Below are positions 1-8,986 of a stretch of DNA of 59,112 nucleotides, in pieces. This DNA is from a virus. Lineage: Duplodnaviria > Caudoviricetes. How positions within the stretch are numbered: position 1 is the first letter of the stretch; every line of letters starts with the position of its first letter. Where the stretch lies: the IMG/VR virus record IMGVR_UViG_3300043256_000282, positions 1-59,112 of that record; one strand, given 5' to 3'. Position numbers and translations under genes: made by a program. The notes beneath the pieces were generated by a model, which ran no database searches, was not told the origin of the DNA, and saw nothing but the letters and a program-made list of their open reading frames with translations.

Positions 1-127
1 ATCGATTCGTCCCGATCAACCGAATGATTTGGCAGGGCTTGGCGGTCGTCGGCATCGGAAAAGAAGAACAGCAGATGCGGACGACGATCATGGCGTACTG
101 GCGGGCTCGACAGGATATCGCTCCTGT
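1..127. repeat. Terminal 127-bp direct repeat (contig circularisation overlap), left copy
   Basis: Bases 1-127 (atcgattcgt...gctcctgt) are identical to 58986-59112 and fall inside a coding sequence; typical of a k=127 assembly overlap. Confidence 0.97.
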
Positions 128-539
128 TGTCCGATCCCAGCGCGGCGAACCGCAAGTGGAAGCACTCAGGGAAGCGTTCGAGCAGCATCGTGAATTCCGC
201 ATCCAAATGCGTCTGGCCTATGACGCGATGCTCCATGGCGACAACCCACAAGAGTTCATCAATGCGGCTTTTGCCACCGATCTCACAAAGACGCGAGGCG
301 ACGTCGCCGGCTCGGTCCGACGGCGCAAACTTCTCACCGGCAAGTTCGCTGACCAAAGTTCGATCGAATTTACGGCCCTCAGAAGCCGACTTGGTGATGA
401 CGGCATTCTGATTCTGCGACAACACGATGAAGTGATTGAAGCAGTCGCACAATCGATCAAGCCGAAGGTGTCTACTGTCCGCTTCCGCCCGGTGCCCGAG
501 CGTACACTCAATGGAGTCACCGGTCGATATCGACGATAG
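1..539 (+). CDS. C-terminal end of the giant internal virion/ejection protein that starts at 54296
   Basis: The frame of track ORF 24..539 continues the open frame running from 54296 across the circular join. Confidence 0.85.
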   Translation, partial: RFVPINRMIWQGLAVVGIGKEEQQMRTTIMAYWRARQDIAPVVRSQRGEPQVEALREAFEQHREFRIQMRLAYDAMLHGDNPQEFINAAFATDLTKTRGDVAGSVRRRKLLTGKFADQSSIEFTALRSRLGDDGILILRQHDEVIEAVAQSIKPKVSTVRFRPVPERTLNGVTGRYRR

Positions 540-550
540 GGAATGAACCA

Positions 551-970
551 ATGATCGAGATTGCCGCGAAAAAACATTGCGATGAAATGCGACAGCGAGC
601 GCATGCTACTTTTCAGCAGCGAGTCGAAGCATCAAAAGCACGGCTTCGAGAGAATCTGGAGGCAATTCGTATCGTCGAAGAGTTGGATCGAAATACCGAT
701 CCGCTAAAGAAAGGCGTTCACTATGATCCTCCCGAGGCGATGACAATCGTCAAAGCGGTACGTTTCATTATTCTAAATCAAATAGATAATCAGTTTTCCG
801 TTCGAGTAATTTGCAGGATTTTAGAACGCCGTTATCCCGAAATAGCGGATAATACTTCGCTTGCTTCGCTTTCGTCGACAATTCGGCGCGTTGTTGCGGA
901 CTCTGATAAAGTAAAGATCATCAGTATCGGGAAAGGCCGACGGCCAACGATCTACCAATGCCTTTGGTAG
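551..970 (+). CDS. Hypothetical protein, possible winged-helix DNA-binding protein
   Basis: 139 aa; C-terminal FSVRVIC...SLSSTIRR...GKGRRPTIY helix-wing pattern; visibly more AT-rich than its flanks. Confidence 0.55.
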   Translation: MIEIAAKKHCDEMRQRAHATFQQRVEASKARLRENLEAIRIVEELDRNTDPLKKGVHYDPPEAMTIVKAVRFIILNQIDNQFSVRVICRILERRYPEIADNTSLASLSSTIRRVVADSDKVKIISIGKGRRPTIYQCLW

Positions 971-976
971 AGCTAG

Positions 977-2407
977 GTGAACCCAATGACTTGCATCCCC
1001 GTAGTCACGCGAAAAATTTTCCCCGTCGTTGGCGCCGAGTTGACGTTTCAATATACGTTCGTCATCGACAACAGCCTCAGCAGCATCGTCGTCGAAACAC
1101 TTGAGCCTACGCAAACGAAGTATTCGCCCAAGACGCTGACCACTGATTACACGATCGACACGGCCGCCAAGATCGTGACATTCGTAAGCGAGACCACACG
1201 CGGACCCGTGGGAACGCTCGTCAAAATTCGGCGATGCACCGAACGGAAGCGCGGCATTAGCTGGAACTCAGAAGCGGCCTTCTCACCCTCAACGGCAAAC
1301 CGGGATCAGCAGCAGGACTTCGCTTTCCAGCAAGAGCTTGAGACCGAACTATCTGACGTCCTACACCGGAACGATCGGCGAGACGAATGGAACGCCGAGG
1401 GATTGGAAGGATGCAATGCGCTACCGGGAACTCGGGGCAACTGTTGGGTCACACTGGACCAACTGAACGCCGCGATCTTTGACGGCATCGTCATCGATCT
1501 GAGCCAACCACTCGTGATCGTGCTGACCGGAGACGGATCGACGACGAACTTTACGCTCCCCGGCGCCCGCCAAACGACGGCACAACAATGGTTCGTATTC
1601 AAGAATGGCGTCCATCAGAATTCAGATGATAGTACGGGAGGGATCGGGGTCTACACAATCGTCGTCATGCCGGGACAAGACGATCAGATCGTCTTTGAGG
1701 ACGCTCCAGAAGTCGGCACATCGATCCTATGCACATTGCTGAAAGGCACTGTTGTTAGCCAGTTCGCTGACGACAGCATCACGAGCGACATGATTCAAGA
1801 CGGGGCAGTTGGGCTCAGGCATATCAACATCGGCGCTGGCGACGCGCTCCGATTCCTGATTTGTGACGCACTTGGCGATCCGGTCGGTCGCGTCGCGTTG
1901 CACACGGACATCAACGACTTCGATAGCGGCGTGCGGGAGAACCGACTGGACCAAATGGCCGTTCCGACCACGGCGGTTGCGATGAATTCGCAGAAGATCA
2001 CTGGATTGGCCAACGGTTCGGCGGCGCAGGATGCAGTGGCGATCAATCAGTTGCCTTCGAGCCCCGCCAGGATCGATTCGACGAACATACCGAATCCCGG
2101 GCTTGGCGCCTTCACCGATGCCGTAATCACCGGCTTCAAGGTCAAGCACATCGTCTATACATTCAGATACCGCACGAACCGTCACGCCACCTTCGTTGTT
2201 CAATTGGAGGACGAGTTCACACAACGAACGATGGAAGTGATGGTCACGGATAGCGGGGGCGCCGTGGATTACGTCAGGGCTACATTCAAGAGGAATAGCG
2301 GCCAAACGGGATGGCAGGTTTCGTTCAGCGAAAGCCGTTGGAATGGAGTGACCGGACTGCATTCTGGCCCGTTCGGGGTCGGCGCAGTCACCTACGGAGA
2401 CGCATAA
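977..2407 (+). CDS. Tail fibre protein with T7 gp17-like N-terminal attachment domain
   Basis: Follows the ejection proteins; N-terminal FQYTF..LTTDYTID..VKIRRCT..QQE pattern; GDGSTTNFTL and KITGLANGSAAQDAVAINQL fibre-stalk motifs. Confidence 0.8.
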   Translation: MNPMTCIPVVTRKIFPVVGAELTFQYTFVIDNSLSSIVVETLEPTQTKYSPKTLTTDYTIDTAAKIVTFVSETTRGPVGTLVKIRRCTERKRGISWNSEAAFSPSTANRDQQQDFAFQQELETELSDVLHRNDRRDEWNAEGLEGCNALPGTRGNCWVTLDQLNAAIFDGIVIDLSQPLVIVLTGDGSTTNFTLPGARQTTAQQWFVFKNGVHQNSDDSTGGIGVYTIVVMPGQDDQIVFEDAPEVGTSILCTLLKGTVVSQFADDSITSDMIQDGAVGLRHINIGAGDALRFLICDALGDPVGRVALHTDINDFDSGVRENRLDQMAVPTTAVAMNSQKITGLANGSAAQDAVAINQLPSSPARIDSTNIPNPGLGAFTDAVITGFKVKHIVYTFRYRTNRHATFVVQLEDEFTQRTMEVMVTDSGGAVDYVRATFKRNSGQTGWQVSFSESRWNGVTGLHSGPFGVGAVTYGDA

Positions 2408-2410
2408 ACG

Positions 2411-2800
2411 ATGGCCCAAACAGATGTCAAAACGACCGAGTTGGACGACAAGGCTCGGGAATTCACATACCACGTCGACATCGACGCGCCGTACGATGGC
2501 CAGATCATCTACCTCAATCTGAAAGCGGATTGGGCGCATGAGATCGTCGATGGCAACGCGCGACTCAACGCCGGCGAGTTGGACCTCACCATCAAGATCG
2601 ACGGTGCTGCGCAGCCCGGCTATGACCCTTGGAATATCGTTGTCGGCTCAGTTCAGGAACAGGCGCCGACCGGAACCGGGCCGTCGAGCATCCCCAAAAC
2701 CGGGCAGTTGCTCATTGAGATCGACCTCACCACCGCCATGACACCGCCCGAGAAGTTCAAATTCGAGCTTCGGTGCCGAGTCACCAAAGACAACCTATGA
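2411..2800 (+). CDS. Hypothetical virion-associated beta-rich protein
   Basis: 129-aa ORF directly after the tail fibre gene, same strand. Confidence 0.6.
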   Translation: MAQTDVKTTELDDKAREFTYHVDIDAPYDGQIIYLNLKADWAHEIVDGNARLNAGELDLTIKIDGAAQPGYDPWNIVVGSVQEQAPTGTGPSSIPKTGQLLIEIDLTTAMTPPEKFKFELRCRVTKDNL

Positions 2801-3630
2801 GGCGTAGTTCGTTTATCGCAATCCCCCAGGCGCCGTCGACGGGCACTGATGCGCCGCCGCCGAGGGAAGGATGCGTGCGCATCGACACAGATCAGGATGA
2901 TCTGGCGTGGCCGGATATGCCGCAACCTTACGGAAGGCTACCATCCCCGGAGACGATTCATTGGGTTCGAGGCGCTAGCAGCCTCGCGATCGGGAAGTTT
3001 GAAGGATATGTTTACTTCGAAAACACACCGGCCAAATACGATCAGTATTTATTGCTATCCCAAGTTACCGGAACGTATGTCGACGGGGAGGACTTGGAGC
3101 GAGGCACATCGTCTACGGGACCGTGGGAGAGCGTTGGTATTCTTGCGGACACCCCGGTCGACCAAGTAGTTGCTGACTGTGATACCGGCTGTTTTGGGGA
3201 TGAATGCGATCCCGGCTCGACGGGCGACGGCCCCGATTGGAAAACAGACCCAGACGCCGACCCCAAGTTCCGCCCTGATACGCCCGGCGCGATTGCGCAA
3301 TTCGGGATCGATAGGCCATTTGGCCCGTGGACCGATCGATATTCTTACAAGACCACCATCGCCAGCGGCGGGTCGCCGCCATTTACAGAAGGTAAGGTGA
3401 CCGGGCAGATCACCGGCTCCATAGCGGAAATCTCACACTTCGTCGACCCCGGGGGGGGCGACAATCTCGTGATTCACGTCGAGGGTATAACGCTCGGCAA
3501 AAACGCAACGCGATTCCTGCATGGGGAGGTTTTGGATCACGTCGACAGTACCGGCCAGATAACATTGGCCAATCCTATGAAAGAGACCGGGCCGTTTACG
3601 CTTGGTGAGCAAGGGGGCCCTCCAGTGTGA
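2797..3630 (+). CDS. Hypothetical protein (Gly/Pro/Asp-rich, possibly structural)
   Basis: ATGA overlap with upstream stop; long ORF in the late operon. Confidence 0.6.
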   Translation: MRRSSFIAIPQAPSTGTDAPPPREGCVRIDTDQDDLAWPDMPQPYGRLPSPETIHWVRGASSLAIGKFEGYVYFENTPAKYDQYLLLSQVTGTYVDGEDLERGTSSTGPWESVGILADTPVDQVVADCDTGCFGDECDPGSTGDGPDWKTDPDADPKFRPDTPGAIAQFGIDRPFGPWTDRYSYKTTIASGGSPPFTEGKVTGQITGSIAEISHFVDPGGGDNLVIHVEGITLGKNATRFLHGEVLDHVDSTGQITLANPMKETGPFTLGEQGGPPV

Positions 3631-3988
3631 GACGCTGTGTACGTGTGCGCGTCTGCGTCTCGGTCTCTTGGACCGTCACTTCAAACCCCCCTTCTGGCGT
3701 CGCGACTTCGCTCTCTACGAAATCCCTCAAACTGCCGATCGTCAACGACATGGCAAACTGCACGGCCCAGCGCTCGTTGTTCTCGCAGCCACGTTCGATC
3801 GCTTCAAGCGCCTTGACGAATAGCCGCTTCTTTCGACTGTCCCAGCCGCCTCGGGGCGATCGAAGGATTTTCCGTGCCAGATTCCGAAAGTTCGCAAGGC
3901 CCAAATCCAAGGTGTTGACCGATACCATGTCTGCGCAGCGTTGCAGTTCTTTCTCGTCTCGATTGGCCTTTGACCCGTTCGTTGTCAT
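3596..3988 (-). CDS. Hypothetical helical protein, candidate terminase small subunit
   Basis: 130 aa, ATG start with GGAG 13 nt upstream on the minus strand; head-to-head with terL; helical character. Confidence 0.45.
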   Translation of the reverse strand: MTTNGSKANRDEKELQRCADMVSVNTLDLGLANFRNLARKILRSPRGGWDSRKKRLFVKALEAIERGCENNERWAVQFAMSLTIGSLRDFVESEVATPEGGFEVTVQETETQTRTRTQRLTLEGPLAHQA

Positions 3989-4005
3989 GGGAGTAGCATA
4001 GCTCC

Positions 4006-5613
4006 GTGGCTGAGAAATTGCGATTCGAGTCGATGAGTGCTCTTCGGCAATGGTGTGCCGAGGACTTTCGTAACTACATGAATTATCGGTGTACGCGGCT
4101 CAAATTCTCCGCTTCGGAGATTCACCTGCGCTGCGCCGACTGGATTCAGAACGGCGAGCGATTCAAGAAACTCCTCGGCTGGCGCGGCTGCGCTAAGACA
4201 TTTTGGTACGGGATGGAGTACATCTGCTGGCGATACCGGCGGAAGCCACAGACGAAGATCATCGTCCAATGCAACACCGATACCAACGCCGGGCTCACCA
4301 CGTCCGGGATCAAAGGGATTCTCAGGAGCGACCCGCTGTTTGAGGACTTGTACCCCCGTGGCCAGACGGCCGATCGATATTTCGATCTGAACGGAATCAA
4401 GCCTGAACGCGGGTATTCGATCCGATGCGCGGGAGTCGAGACGACCTTGACGTCTGAACGAGCTGACTTCTTCCTGATCGACGATCCCGAGGCCGCCGAT
4501 CCCGAGGCGCTGTACGACCGCATCATCGAAATCTTCGAGGAATCGCAGGTGATTCTCTACCGCCAGGGACGGTTGTTCCCCGGAGAGGTCTGCCCACTGC
4601 CGGAACGGACCCAACGGCTCGTGCTGGGCCAACCGCACTGGGAGGGGTCCGCATACATGCCGCCGCCGCCCGATCCCAACACTGGCGAGTTTGACGATCA
4701 CCCACTCCGCGGCGACGACACTTTCCTGATCCCGGCGATGGTCAATTCATCCTTTGATCCGGATGATGAGATCGAATGTCTCTCGTCGGTGCCCGAGATC
4801 AAATCAGATTGGGAAATGCGGCAAGAGAAAGAAAAGCTCAGTCGTCGCAAGTGGCGTCTGAATATGATGTTGCGCGTCGATCCGGAAGACGCGGAGCGGG
4901 CGGTGATCCCGCTGAACCATATCACCGTGCGTCTGGCGTCGCCTGAGTACATCATCATGGTCGTGGACCCGGCCGACGGCGGCGACTGCGAATGGGGACT
5001 GGTCGCCGGCGGGCTCTACCGGCTCAACTATCATCTGTGCTTCATGGACGGGATCACCGAGTTGGAGGTCGCGGCCAACGAAGGGCTCGACCCGAACCAC
5101 GAGACGATCGGCTCCCTCATGTGGAAGAAAGTATTTGATTTGTGTGATGATTATGAAGTGGATTCCATATACATCGAGGCCAACTGGGCGCCGGCGATCA
5201 AGGCGCTGCGCCGCTACCTCGCCCGGCATGGCCACACGATCCAGGTCCACGAATTCCACACACACATGAAAAAGCTGCATCGCATCGTCAGCCAGTGGGA
5301 AATGCCCGTCAAGAACGGCCAGGTCTCATGCAACCCGATCGTGATGGCGGATGCGCAGAACCGCAAGCAGATGAGCAACTTACGCCATCATCGGCTCCCT
5401 TCGCCGTGCGACCGGATTGACGCGGGCGGCAAGCTGCTGGATATTCTTTCTGAAAGTTCCGTTACGGATACGGTCGATGTGATGGACAAGCTCGGGCCGC
5501 CAGGGCAGGCCGACGCCTACGGAGAGCAGGGCGTATTAGCGGCAAGCGACCCCTTGAGAACGAGACGAACCGTGCCCATGAGAAGCCGCGCCTCCCGACT
5601 TCGAAGGGCGTAA
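4006..5613 (+). CDS. terL: Terminase large subunit (T7 gp19-like)
   Basis: Walker A-like GWRGCAKT, Walker B FFLIDD, coupling motif LGQP, RNase H-like nuclease VVDPADGGDCE, IEAN, C-terminal DRIDA. Confidence 0.92.
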   Translation: MAEKLRFESMSALRQWCAEDFRNYMNYRCTRLKFSASEIHLRCADWIQNGERFKKLLGWRGCAKTFWYGMEYICWRYRRKPQTKIIVQCNTDTNAGLTTSGIKGILRSDPLFEDLYPRGQTADRYFDLNGIKPERGYSIRCAGVETTLTSERADFFLIDDPEAADPEALYDRIIEIFEESQVILYRQGRLFPGEVCPLPERTQRLVLGQPHWEGSAYMPPPPDPNTGEFDDHPLRGDDTFLIPAMVNSSFDPDDEIECLSSVPEIKSDWEMRQEKEKLSRRKWRLNMMLRVDPEDAERAVIPLNHITVRLASPEYIIMVVDPADGGDCEWGLVAGGLYRLNYHLCFMDGITELEVAANEGLDPNHETIGSLMWKKVFDLCDDYEVDSIYIEANWAPAIKALRRYLARHGHTIQVHEFHTHMKKLHRIVSQWEMPVKNGQVSCNPIVMADAQNRKQMSNLRHHRLPSPCDRIDAGGKLLDILSESSVTDTVDVMDKLGPPGQADAYGEQGVLAASDPLRTRRTVPMRSRASRLRRA

Positions 5614-5625
5614 AGGAACCCTCAA

Positions 5626-6426
5626 ATGCCATCGTGCCGCTTGATCGTCGGCGACGTGATCGATGCGTTGTATAACCTCGAAAAAGAAGGCCCCGGGGTC
5701 GCGATGTTCTTCGCCGACCCGAAGTACAACATCGGGATCGACTACGGCGCTGAGATCAATGATGATCTTCCGCCAGGCGAATACGCAACTTGGACACAGC
5801 ATTGGCTTCAACGGGTAAAGCACTGCCTTCGTGAAGGCGGGGCGTGCTGGGCGCTGATCAATGAGCCCAATGCAGACATGATGGGGCAGGCTCTTATTGG
5901 CTGGATTGGGCCAAGAATCAACCGCGTTATTTGGCGAGAGACCTTCGGCCAGTACAAAGAGGACCGCTTCCCATCCGGGCATAGGCACCTGTTCTGCCAC
6001 GTGAAAACTACAGATATGTACGGCGCCGCTTGCGACGATGAGATAACTCAACGCACATGGAACCCCGACCCGATCCGCGTTGAATCTGCACGAATGAAAG
6101 TTGGCGACAAGCGAGCCGCCGGGCCCCGTGTTCCCGATGACGTGTGGGACGTGTCGCGGGTCGTAGGCAACGACGGCGAGCGTCAAGGCTGGGCGCCGAC
6201 TCAGTTGCGGCTGTGGCCGGTCGAGCGAGCGATCCTATGCAGCACGAACCCTGGCGATCTTGTGATCGATCCGTTCCTTGGCAGCGGCACGACGGCGATC
6301 GCGGCCTTGAAGAATGACCGATCGTTCATCGGCATCGACATCAATGGAGAGTTTGTGGCCAAGTCAGCACAGCGTATTATTCAAGCCGGATTCCGAGTAG
6401 ATGAAGTGATCCCAACTGCCCAATGA
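5626..6426 (+). CDS. DNA methyltransferase, N6-adenine/N4-cytosine, beta class
   Basis: Catalytic DPKY (DPPY variant) near the N-terminus, DDVW, and SAM-binding DPFLGSGTT near the C-terminus. Confidence 0.93.
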   Translation: MPSCRLIVGDVIDALYNLEKEGPGVAMFFADPKYNIGIDYGAEINDDLPPGEYATWTQHWLQRVKHCLREGGACWALINEPNADMMGQALIGWIGPRINRVIWRETFGQYKEDRFPSGHRHLFCHVKTTDMYGAACDDEITQRTWNPDPIRVESARMKVGDKRAAGPRVPDDVWDVSRVVGNDGERQGWAPTQLRLWPVERAILCSTNPGDLVIDPFLGSGTTAIAALKNDRSFIGIDINGEFVAKSAQRIIQAGFRVDEVIPTAQ

Positions 6427-6496
6427 GCCAGCCCTACGCCAAAGACACGAACAACTTGCCGCGGATCAGCGCCTTCCCGCAGTTGGAGACTGACCG

Positions 6497-6742
6497 ATGA
6501 ATGGAGTGTCGTATTATTGTTCGCAAATTCAAGTGAGCGGATCGATCTGGACCATGTACGGCACCGAGGAAGTTCTCAAGGTGGCCATCGATGAGTGGAT
6601 TGAATGGGTGGCGAATCCGGCGAGAGAGAATGACGTCCTTCTAACGATCAACGGGCTCTCAAACACCGTGGATCGAGCAGAGACTACAAACATTTTCAAG
6701 ATGGAAGAAATCCAGGTGATGAGCATGTACCGCTACAGCTAG
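6497..6742 (+). CDS. Hypothetical protein
   Basis: 81-aa ORF with GGAG RBS. Confidence 0.6.
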   Translation: MNGVSYYCSQIQVSGSIWTMYGTEEVLKVAIDEWIEWVANPARENDVLLTINGLSNTVDRAETTNIFKMEEIQVMSMYRYS

Positions 6743-6835
6743 ATGATGTGTTTTATTTCGACAGAGACTCAAGATATTGTGCTCTACGGCCCGAAGAAGA
6801 ATCTTTCACACTGCAACCACACGGAAGGAACAATC

Positions 6836-7513
6836 ATGTCCGACGGCGAAGCGAAACAGACCCCCAAGGCCATCAATTACGACCGCATCCCCGAGCAAAT
6901 CGACGGCGAGGTCCATCCGATCCGCAGGATCGTGACGGAGTTGATCGCGACCAACACCGCGAGATTCGGCCATTTGGCGGGTTGCCGCATCGGCCTCTGC
7001 TGGCAGTTGAACTCCAAGGCCGGCCCCGACGGCCTGATCAACTACGGCAAGGCGGTGATCCTGAGCGACTTCCAGAAGGAATTCATGCTCGTCAAGGGCG
7101 GCAAGGCCCCGATCTGTTTCGACGTCATCGTGGTGATCAACAAGGAATGGTGGCTCCAAGAGGCGACCGCCGAGGGCCGCCATCGCACCAGCGACACCAT
7201 GAGACGGGGCCTTCTGGTCCATCTTCTGTTGCAAGTCGCGTCCCGCATCGGCGTCGATGGCGAGCAGAAGGAAGATGAGCGCGGCCGTAAGCAGTTCCGC
7301 AAGGCCCAGCCCAATCTCACCGTCTTTGCCGAGGAAATCAAGGACGGCGCCTGGAACGCAGAGCAGGTACACGCCTTCGAGAAGGTGCTGGAATTCTCCA
7401 AGACCCTGTTCGACAACATGCCCGAGGATGAGACCATGCAGGCCGAGGTGGCCGGATCGGTCGGACCCGCCGATAATCCCCCAGAGACCAAGCCGGCCAC
7501 CGCGGCCGGATAG
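6836..7513 (+). CDS. Phage metallopeptidase-like protein with degenerate HExxH
   Basis: GKA...FDVIVVINKEWW...RRGLLVHLLLQ...F.EEI resembles the putative phage metallopeptidase family; GGAAGGA RBS. Confidence 0.6.
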   Translation: MSDGEAKQTPKAINYDRIPEQIDGEVHPIRRIVTELIATNTARFGHLAGCRIGLCWQLNSKAGPDGLINYGKAVILSDFQKEFMLVKGGKAPICFDVIVVINKEWWLQEATAEGRHRTSDTMRRGLLVHLLLQVASRIGVDGEQKEDERGRKQFRKAQPNLTVFAEEIKDGAWNAEQVHAFEKVLEFSKTLFDNMPEDETMQAEVAGSVGPADNPPETKPATAAG

Positions 7514-7535
7514 CCGGAAGACCCAAGTTGTCCGT

Positions 7536-7571
7536 GAAAAGCCCCCGTTTCCAGGAGTGCGGGGGCTTTTC
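7536..7571 (+). terminator. Intrinsic (likely bidirectional) terminator
   Basis: gaaaagcccccg-loop-cgggggcttttc inverted repeat just after the stop. Confidence 0.85.
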
Positions 7572-7585
7572 ATTGGAATTGTGTG

Positions 7586-7614
7586 TTGACTTGGGGCTCG
7601 ATTGCCGATATGAC
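7586..7614 (+). promoter_or_regulatory. Sigma70-like promoter
   Basis: TTGACT-17 nt-TATGAC. Confidence 0.55.
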
Positions 7615-7621
7615 TTGTCCT

Positions 7622-7700
7622 ATGCAACTGCTTCGACCAATCTCGCCATCACATAATCGCTCAGCACGGAGCAGTTGCATGATCCGCTGGGCGGTTTTTT
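7622..7700 (+). promoter_or_regulatory. Pseudoknot/terminator leader (attenuator-like), copy 1
   Basis: atgcaactgct (7622-32) is complementary to agcagttgcat (7670-80), which lies in the loop of hairpin aatcgctcagc/gctgggcggtt followed by a T-tract. Confidence 0.6.
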
Positions 7701-7750
7701 GTTGGGGACCGATACGGCTGCCTCGTGGTCGATTGCCTCGTGAGAGCCGG

Positions 7751-8211
7751 GCGATCGGCTCGGTGAGCAAACCAACGGGGCGGCCGTCTCGTCTCCAAAC
7801 GTACCCGGTTGCGGATTGCCCGCAGGTTGGGATCAATTACACTTTTGAATCCTGTTCCCGGCCCGCCCGCGTCTCTCCCCACCAGGAGCGCGGGCACTTT
7901 TTTGATGCAATTGGGGCAAGTCCCCGTTGAGATAGACCGCCCGCACGTCGCCACCGCGGCGTAGCGGGCCTTTGTATCGATGGAGTTGGGTAGGCGCTCG
8001 GCGCCTGTTCCGCTCCGAATTCCCGAAAGCCGAGACGAGAACAACCACAGGGCTGCGGAGTTTCGCTCCATCCGTCAAGACGGTGATGAGCCGTGGGCGA
8101 ACGCCTAACTCCTAGGCGCCGATAGTGGAGGCAATTCGGAAGGCATAGCTTGGGTTAGGCGCCCCCCGCAAGGCAAGGGCGCTGCGAAGACCCCGGCACC
8201 GACCGAATCGC
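7751..8211 (+). ncRNA. Candidate large structured non-coding RNA
   Basis: No credible CDS; long-range closing helix 7751-65/8197-8211 plus several 8-9 bp internal helices and GNRA-capped hairpins. Confidence 0.45.
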
Positions 8212-8222
8212 AGTTGGAGACA

Positions 8223-8756
8223 ATGACCAAGCCCACGCGCCACATCAACATTTTGGAAATCCTCCCCCATTTGTGGTTCGAGAACGAGAACGGGGACCGG
8301 CAGATTCCGCCGGCTGAGATTCAGGATAACCCCGACGCCCTGGAAACCATCGGCGATGATAGTGGCGGCTTCATCTTCCAGCACGTCCTGGTCCACAGCG
8401 TCGTCGGCCACGACGTCGTTTGCAAAGTCCCTAAGACCGGCGAGATGCGCCTTGTACGGCGCGACTTTCTCCCGTTCGATCACACGCTGGTCGAGGGGTT
8501 GGTGCGCAAAGGCGACTTTGATCTGCGCTCGGCGATGCTCGTGGCGATCGAAGCCTGCGAGCGCTGTGTGATGGCCCTGCGGTTCCGCTACAGGCTGGGC
8601 CCGGGCTACGACTTTGATGATCCGCTGTTCGAGGGCAACCCCGCCCGTTGCCGCATCTGCTACGAGCCCGACCCGGATATCGAGCCGCCTGAATGGTTCG
8701 CGGCCGCTCGGGCGCTGATCGCGGCGGCGACGCCGGAAGAGGATGATGCGGCATGA
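8223..8756 (+). CDS. Hypothetical protein with CxxC pairs
   Basis: GGAG RBS; CERC and CRIC motifs. Confidence 0.7.
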   Translation: MTKPTRHINILEILPHLWFENENGDRQIPPAEIQDNPDALETIGDDSGGFIFQHVLVHSVVGHDVVCKVPKTGEMRLVRRDFLPFDHTLVEGLVRKGDFDLRSAMLVAIEACERCVMALRFRYRLGPGYDFDDPLFEGNPARCRICYEPDPDIEPPEWFAAARALIAAATPEEDDAA

Positions 8757-8986
8757 ATCTCTGCGGCAAACCAGCCGTCGTCAAAGTCCTGTGGCCCACC
8801 GGCAAACAGGTTCATTGTTGCGATGAGTGCTGCCGCGGGCTGAACAGGGTCGCCCAGTGTTTGGGTATGTCGCTCGTCGTGGTTGAACCGGATGATCCGG
8901 AGCGGACGTGCGAGCAGAAGATTCAGTTGACCCGAGCGCAGGAGCGCGCGGCCGAGGCGACGCCGCCGGAGGATGAGGCGCCATGA
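8753..8986 (+). CDS. Small Cys-rich (zinc-binding-like) protein
   Basis: ATGA overlap; CCDECC and further Cys residues. Confidence 0.7.
   Translation: MNLCGKPAVVKVLWPTGKQVHCCDECCRGLNRVAQCLGMSLVVVEPDDPERTCEQKIQLTRAQERAAEATPPEDEAP

Noticed and set aside
7809-7821. 13-nt match ttgcggattgccc shared with 37408-37420
   Set aside because: Matches of this length are expected by chance in 59 kb.
7740-8200. RNase P RNA or group I/II intron
   Set aside because: There is no GAGGAAAGTCC core, no complete domain V after gagccgtg, no group I P7 signature and no interrupted gene.
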